In this document: one piece after another, positions 50,601 through 55,184 of the stretch
How positions within the stretch are numbered: position 1 is the first letter of the stretch
Layout of the letters: each line of letters opens with the position of its first letter
From: Saprolegnia diclina VS20
Lineage: Eukaryota
Reading direction: 5' to 3'
DNA length: 55,184 nt
NCBI RefSeq assembly: GCF_000281045.1
Contig: NW_008246139.1
Coordinates: forward strand, 151,362 to 206,545
The notes under the pieces: generated by a model
Told to the model about the DNA's origin: nothing
Database searches by the model: none
The model's input: only the letters and a program-made list of their open reading frames with translations
Translations under genes and position numbers: made by a program

Positions 50601-53600
50601 TGCACGGTTTGAGTACGCTCTGTGTGCGCAGCGCGAGTGCCCGGCAGCAACTCGCGACGAACGCCAAGTGCATCTTGGACGTTGCGCACTGGCTCGTGGC
50701 CTTGCACGAGGCCCCTTTGCCCAATCAGATGGACGCGGTGGCGCTGCTATCGAGTCTGTGTCGCGTTGAGAGCAGCCGGAATGCGCTCGCCCCCAAGGTG
50801 CCCCCCAGCCTTTTGGACCGCACGGTGGACGTGGCGCTGCACGCGGACGCTACGGAGGCGGGCCAAGCGGCGGCGCTGGCGTTGCTTGCGCACCTCCTGG
50901 GTCCGGACGTGGACGTTGTCGATCAGAACGGATGGTCCTTTGCATTTGCAGACACCTTGTCGTCGTCGGTTTTGCTGCACGATGCCATTGGACGCCAGCG
51001 GTCTGAGGCCTGCTATACGAATGGTCTCCAGCTTCTCCATGGGTGTCTACGCCACACCAAGCTCCTCACGCACAAAGTGCCGACGACCATGTACCTTCTC
51101 GTTCTTGCCGCTCTGCATGCGAGTCCCACGCCGACGCTCGACTTTCGATACGCCCTCGGGATCCTCGAGATTGCTGTCGAGCATATTGAAAGCCGGCGCC
51201 AGCTCGTCGAGACTCAAGCCCTCGATGCGCTCTTGCTCGGCTTGGCGGACGCCCCCACGAGTCTCTCACTGCCCGCGCTCCAAGAAGTGCTTCGAAAGCT
51301 GCTCCTGGAGGCCATGGAGGTGTACGTCGAGCGCGACCCGGCCCTCGTGGCCATCGTGGCGTCGGTGCTCACAGCGATACCTAACCCGCTGCTCGTCGAC
51401 ACGGCCCTGGCGTTTCTCGGGCACTTGGCATTGGCTGGCGGTGTCCTTGCCGGCGCGGTCATTGCGTCGGTGCAGGCTGAGATGCGCTTGCTGCAGCTCC
51501 TCTCTCGTCATGTCGAGCAGGTGCACGCCACCACGTGTTCGCGGGCGAGTGTCAACGTCGCGCGCTTCATCTCGTACGAAGACATGCTGCGCGTCTACCT
51601 CTTTGCCATGACGTTCCGACGTCACGCGTCGGATCGTCCGCTCACGCCCGGATCGCTGTGGATGACCGACCGCAACATTGCGTCGTGTTTCATCATGGAC
51701 CTTCTCTACTGGTTCTCGTCGCAGCAGCACACGGTGACGCGCCACTTTGGGTCCATGTACCCGGATCTCATTCTGGCCACGCCGCTGCTCGTGCAAATGG
51801 CCTACCCAAAAGAAGCGTCGCACGCGCCGCTGCCGGGCGTCCACTACTTTGATCATGTCCAAGAAGACATTCTGCATGAGCTGCTAGTCATCATCACGGC
51901 GTCGCCTTTTGGCGATACGATTGCGCAAGCGTGCATATATGCGCTCATCGAAATGCACGCGTGGTGGGGCGCTGAGTCGCTCCTCGTGGCGCTTCTCCAA
52001 GCCCTACCGGCGAAAACGGAGCTTTTGATGAAGCTCTCGGCCCTTCTCGAACCCGCGCCGACACCGACCCTTCGGTTCCTGATGCTCCTCGTGACCACCG
52101 ACGCGCTTGTCGACGACTTGAAGGCCGTTGGCGTCAAGGAAAACCTCGAGTCGCTCGAGGTGCCGGACGAAGCCGACCAGTCGATGCGGTCGGCGCTGCT
52201 GAATTTACTCGGCTACTCGGTGGACCTCTCGCTGGCCTTTGTCGCCGACTTGCAGCGCTTTGCGGCGTGTCTTCGTGACCCGCTCGAACGCACGCAGCTC
52301 ATGGCTGGCATGCAAACTACCCTGGCGATGCATGTGGTGACCGAGCCCGACGTCCTTGCGCAAGCACTCCCGCTCCTCGTGCGCGAGCTCACGCGTGACG
52401 TGGCATTTCTCAACGATGTCGTGCATTGCCTCGTCCACTTTGTCTCGTTCGAGTGCTTTCCCGATTACTGCGTTGACCCATCGACCGTCCTACGTGCTTA
52501 TCTGGAGCGCTTTCATTCCTTCTCGCCCAAGAGCCACGACGCGCTCATGGACATTCTAGTGTCTTTGCACGACGCTGGCGTGCCCGCGGACGCATTTGGC
52601 TTCTTTGCGCTCGACTCCAAGGACGGGTTTGAGCCGCTTCCGAGTCTTCTGCGGCTTGCAGCCGACCTTCTTGGTGCGAATATCGCCGCCGCGTCCCGCA
52701 TGCTGCACTTTGCCTGGCTCCAAGCCATGCATGAGACACACGTTGTTGTGCTCTTGGCGCAGCATGCGTCGCTTCTGACACCGTTCTGTGTGCTGCTACA
52801 TCAGCTCCCGCCGGTGCCCAAGCCCGGGGCGAAGCGCGGCCCGCGTCACGCCGGGTGGACGCCCTCGCAGATCGCGCAGTTTGATGTCGTGCAAATGATT
52901 CAGAGTATGGCCGCCTTGACGTGGGCTCCGTCGTCCTTATGCGAAGCCACGAGCCTCTTCATGCGTCTTATTGACGTGCTGGGCACGTTTCCCGTCCAGA
53001 CAGCGCCCAAAGTCCAGGCACTTCAAACCCAGTACCTCTCCGATATCTCGAAAATCGTGCACCGGCTCAGCATTTTCGTGGCCGACGACACGTTTGACTT
53101 GGACGACGGCTTCAAGCGGCTCGTGGGCTACCTCGACGTGTCGCCCAAGCCCGGCCCTGTCCAGCTCGCGCTTTATCAGCTGGTCGCAAACGTCTCCAAG
53201 CTGCCGTCCGTCGTGCTGTCGCTGCACCGGCTCCAGTGCCTCGAGACGCTCGTCCACCGCTTTCCGAAAGTTCATCTCGACTACCAACTGTATGTGCTCG
53301 CAGCCTTGGCCAACGCCGCGCAAACCGGCCTTGAGTCCGAGATTGTGAGTCGCTTGGCAATCGAAGCGAACGCTGTCCACGCTCTCTTGCGGGGGCTGCA
53401 GACGTACACGCGCGAACCGCAAGCGCATGCGGCGTTTCTACTGTCGGCGCTTTTGCTGCATTACCCGGACGTCGGCGGGTCCATTGAGTGCGTCACAACA
53501 CTCATCGAATGCCTCGAGGCTGTCGACATGATTGTCGTACAGCACGTGCTCGTGGCGCTGAGTGCGATCCTGCACGTCGAGCCGACGCAGGAGACGCTCT

Positions 53601-55180
53601 TGCGACACGCCACCGTGCCGGTGTTGGCGCAGATTCTTCAGAAAAGCGACTACGTCTGCACCGAGCACGTGCTGCGCATTTTAGCAGTCCTGTGCTCGCA
53701 GCACGCGGCCATTTGTCGGCGGGTCGTCGCATCCAACCTCTTGGGCATCTTGCTCTCGACCGTGCGCAATGTGGCGGAAATTGAGAGTCGACCTCATGAC
53801 GTCTTTCACGCGGCGTGGGTCCTCTCGTGCCTCACCAAGGACAAGGACTTGGCAGGCCGCATCGACGACTTTGATGGGACATTTTTTGCGTTTCTTCATG
53901 GGTCGCTCGCGCATTTTACGCTCAAAACACTCAGCAAACTGCTGCGCATGCTCAGCCATGTCTGGGGCTACGTCCTTCCGGTAACCCGCGAGCTCGTGAG
54001 TCCGTATGTGAAGGCCCTCTTGACGATTCTACCGCGCTGCGACGTACGTTGTCTAGGCTTGATATATGGATCAACTCATATGCATAGAACACGACGCTGG
54101 TCAAGAACGGCGTGCACGTGCTCTGCATACTGTTCTTGCATCCATCGCTCGAAGACGAGCCCGAGCTCATTGAAGCACTAGCCCAAAGCTTCTTCTCGTA
54201 CTTGCACGATGCCAACAGCAAACTCGTGGTGTATTGCCTTCGTGCGCTCACGGCCGGCGTCGTTGCAGAGGCACTCCCCGAGCACCTCATTCGCGCCCAC
54301 TTTGACGTCCAGGCCAACGTCCTTCACGTGCTGCATTTGCTCGTGCCCGAGGCGTACAATGGCGGTGAGCACAACCGTCTCCTCTGCGTGCTGCAGTTTC
54401 TCAATGCGATTTCGACGGATGAGAGTACGCTGCCGATGCTCACACCATTGGCGGTGCCGCCGCTCTGGCACGTCCTCGAGTCGTCGCCGCTCGAGTCGTT
54501 CAACGACTGCACAATCAAAGAGACGTTGTTGCTGCTGAGCACGTTGACGCGGGTGGCGTCGCCGGTGCTGAGCCTCACGCCACTCTTGGTCGCGGCGCTC
54601 AAGCAGCTCCTCTTGCTGCTCGACCAAGACGACGCGCCGAGTTGTGTCTACTACGCCGACGGTCTCCATGTTCTCATCAACTTGACGGCGGTCGCCGAGC
54701 TTGCGCAGTCGCTCGTGCTCCATGGCGCGCTCAACTTGCTGCTCGACATGTTCGTAGGCGGCGACGAGACGCATGTGCCACTGGTGTTGCTCGGGATTGC
54801 GTCGCTTTCGAGTGACGCGCTGGCCCAGCAAACGGTTGATTTCACGCCGATCTTGGCCAAGCTCATGCATTTGGTGGTCTCGTCGCCACCGACGGTGCAA
54901 GCCACGTGTGTGTGGGTCGTCTCCAACATTGCGAGCCTCGGTACGTTTGTTTCAGTTGGGCGTCCGAGTGGAGAGTGATGGGGTTGCTTGACTAGATGCG
55001 GTCCGGCGCCAACTCAATGCTCAAAATGGCGCGTCGGTGTTGCAGTCCCTTCTGAACGAAGTGACCAACCCCGCCCTCTCGGCGACAAATAGCCGGCCAG
55101 TGTCGTCGAGCAAGCGCATTCGCGACCACGCCCCGAAAGCGCTCAAAGACCTTGGGTTCACACCGCTCAACCCGCGCTAG
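41652..55180 (+). CDS. Giant armadillo/HEAT-repeat protein, ~4347 aa, 10 exons, N-terminal MGQIAS
   Basis: Introns 41861-41912, 41965-42010, 42309-42353, 42492-42541, 42665-42707, 45520-45620, 46910-46958, 54044-54087, 54941-54995 join the ORF-track pieces into one 13,044-nt frame ending TAG at 55180. ARM H3 signatures throughout (ALRVLANLT, AATSLANLSF, AGILANLTV, VIWTISNM, VWVVSNIAS; AAIAAGVIPLLL, GGLPTLL). Confidence 0.82.
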
Positions 55181-55184
55181 CCCT

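Noticed and set aside
42542..54978. Four or five separate ARM genes
   Set aside because: Canonical GT-AG introns join them in frame into one CDS.

Overview
Eukaryotic genomic DNA, not prokaryotic. It is GC-rich, gene-dense and has very short (42-55 nt) GT-AG introns. The promoter motifs and gene families point to an oomycete of the Saprolegniales, probably Saprolegnia (inferred from recalled family characteristics, no search run). The window ends hold intron-containing genes: a partial minus-strand gene, an SRR1-like gene, a class-3/DAGL-like lipase with 10 introns, and a ~4,350-aa ARM-repeat gene with 9 introns and an MGxxxS start. The middle ~35 kb holds intronless genes from expanded families. 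These are three paralogous secreted, Cys-rich, probably GPI-anchored proteins with a mosaic (gene-conversion-like) pattern, a BT1/FBT-type transporter, six diverged F-box-like/RNI-LRR genes, a ~1,730-aa internally duplicated membrane protein, a methyltransferase with a possible second degenerate domain, and a DUF6604-like gene. Five of the six LRR proteins end with Cys exactly five residues from the C-terminus. Intergenic DNA contains a 5'-truncated LINE fragment with a 15-bp target-site duplication, a perfect 20-bp hairpin, an LRR relic, a 20-bp tandem repeat and a recurring GCCACGTCAT motif. There is a 377-nt assembly gap. No rRNA, tRNA or CRISPR array was recognised.
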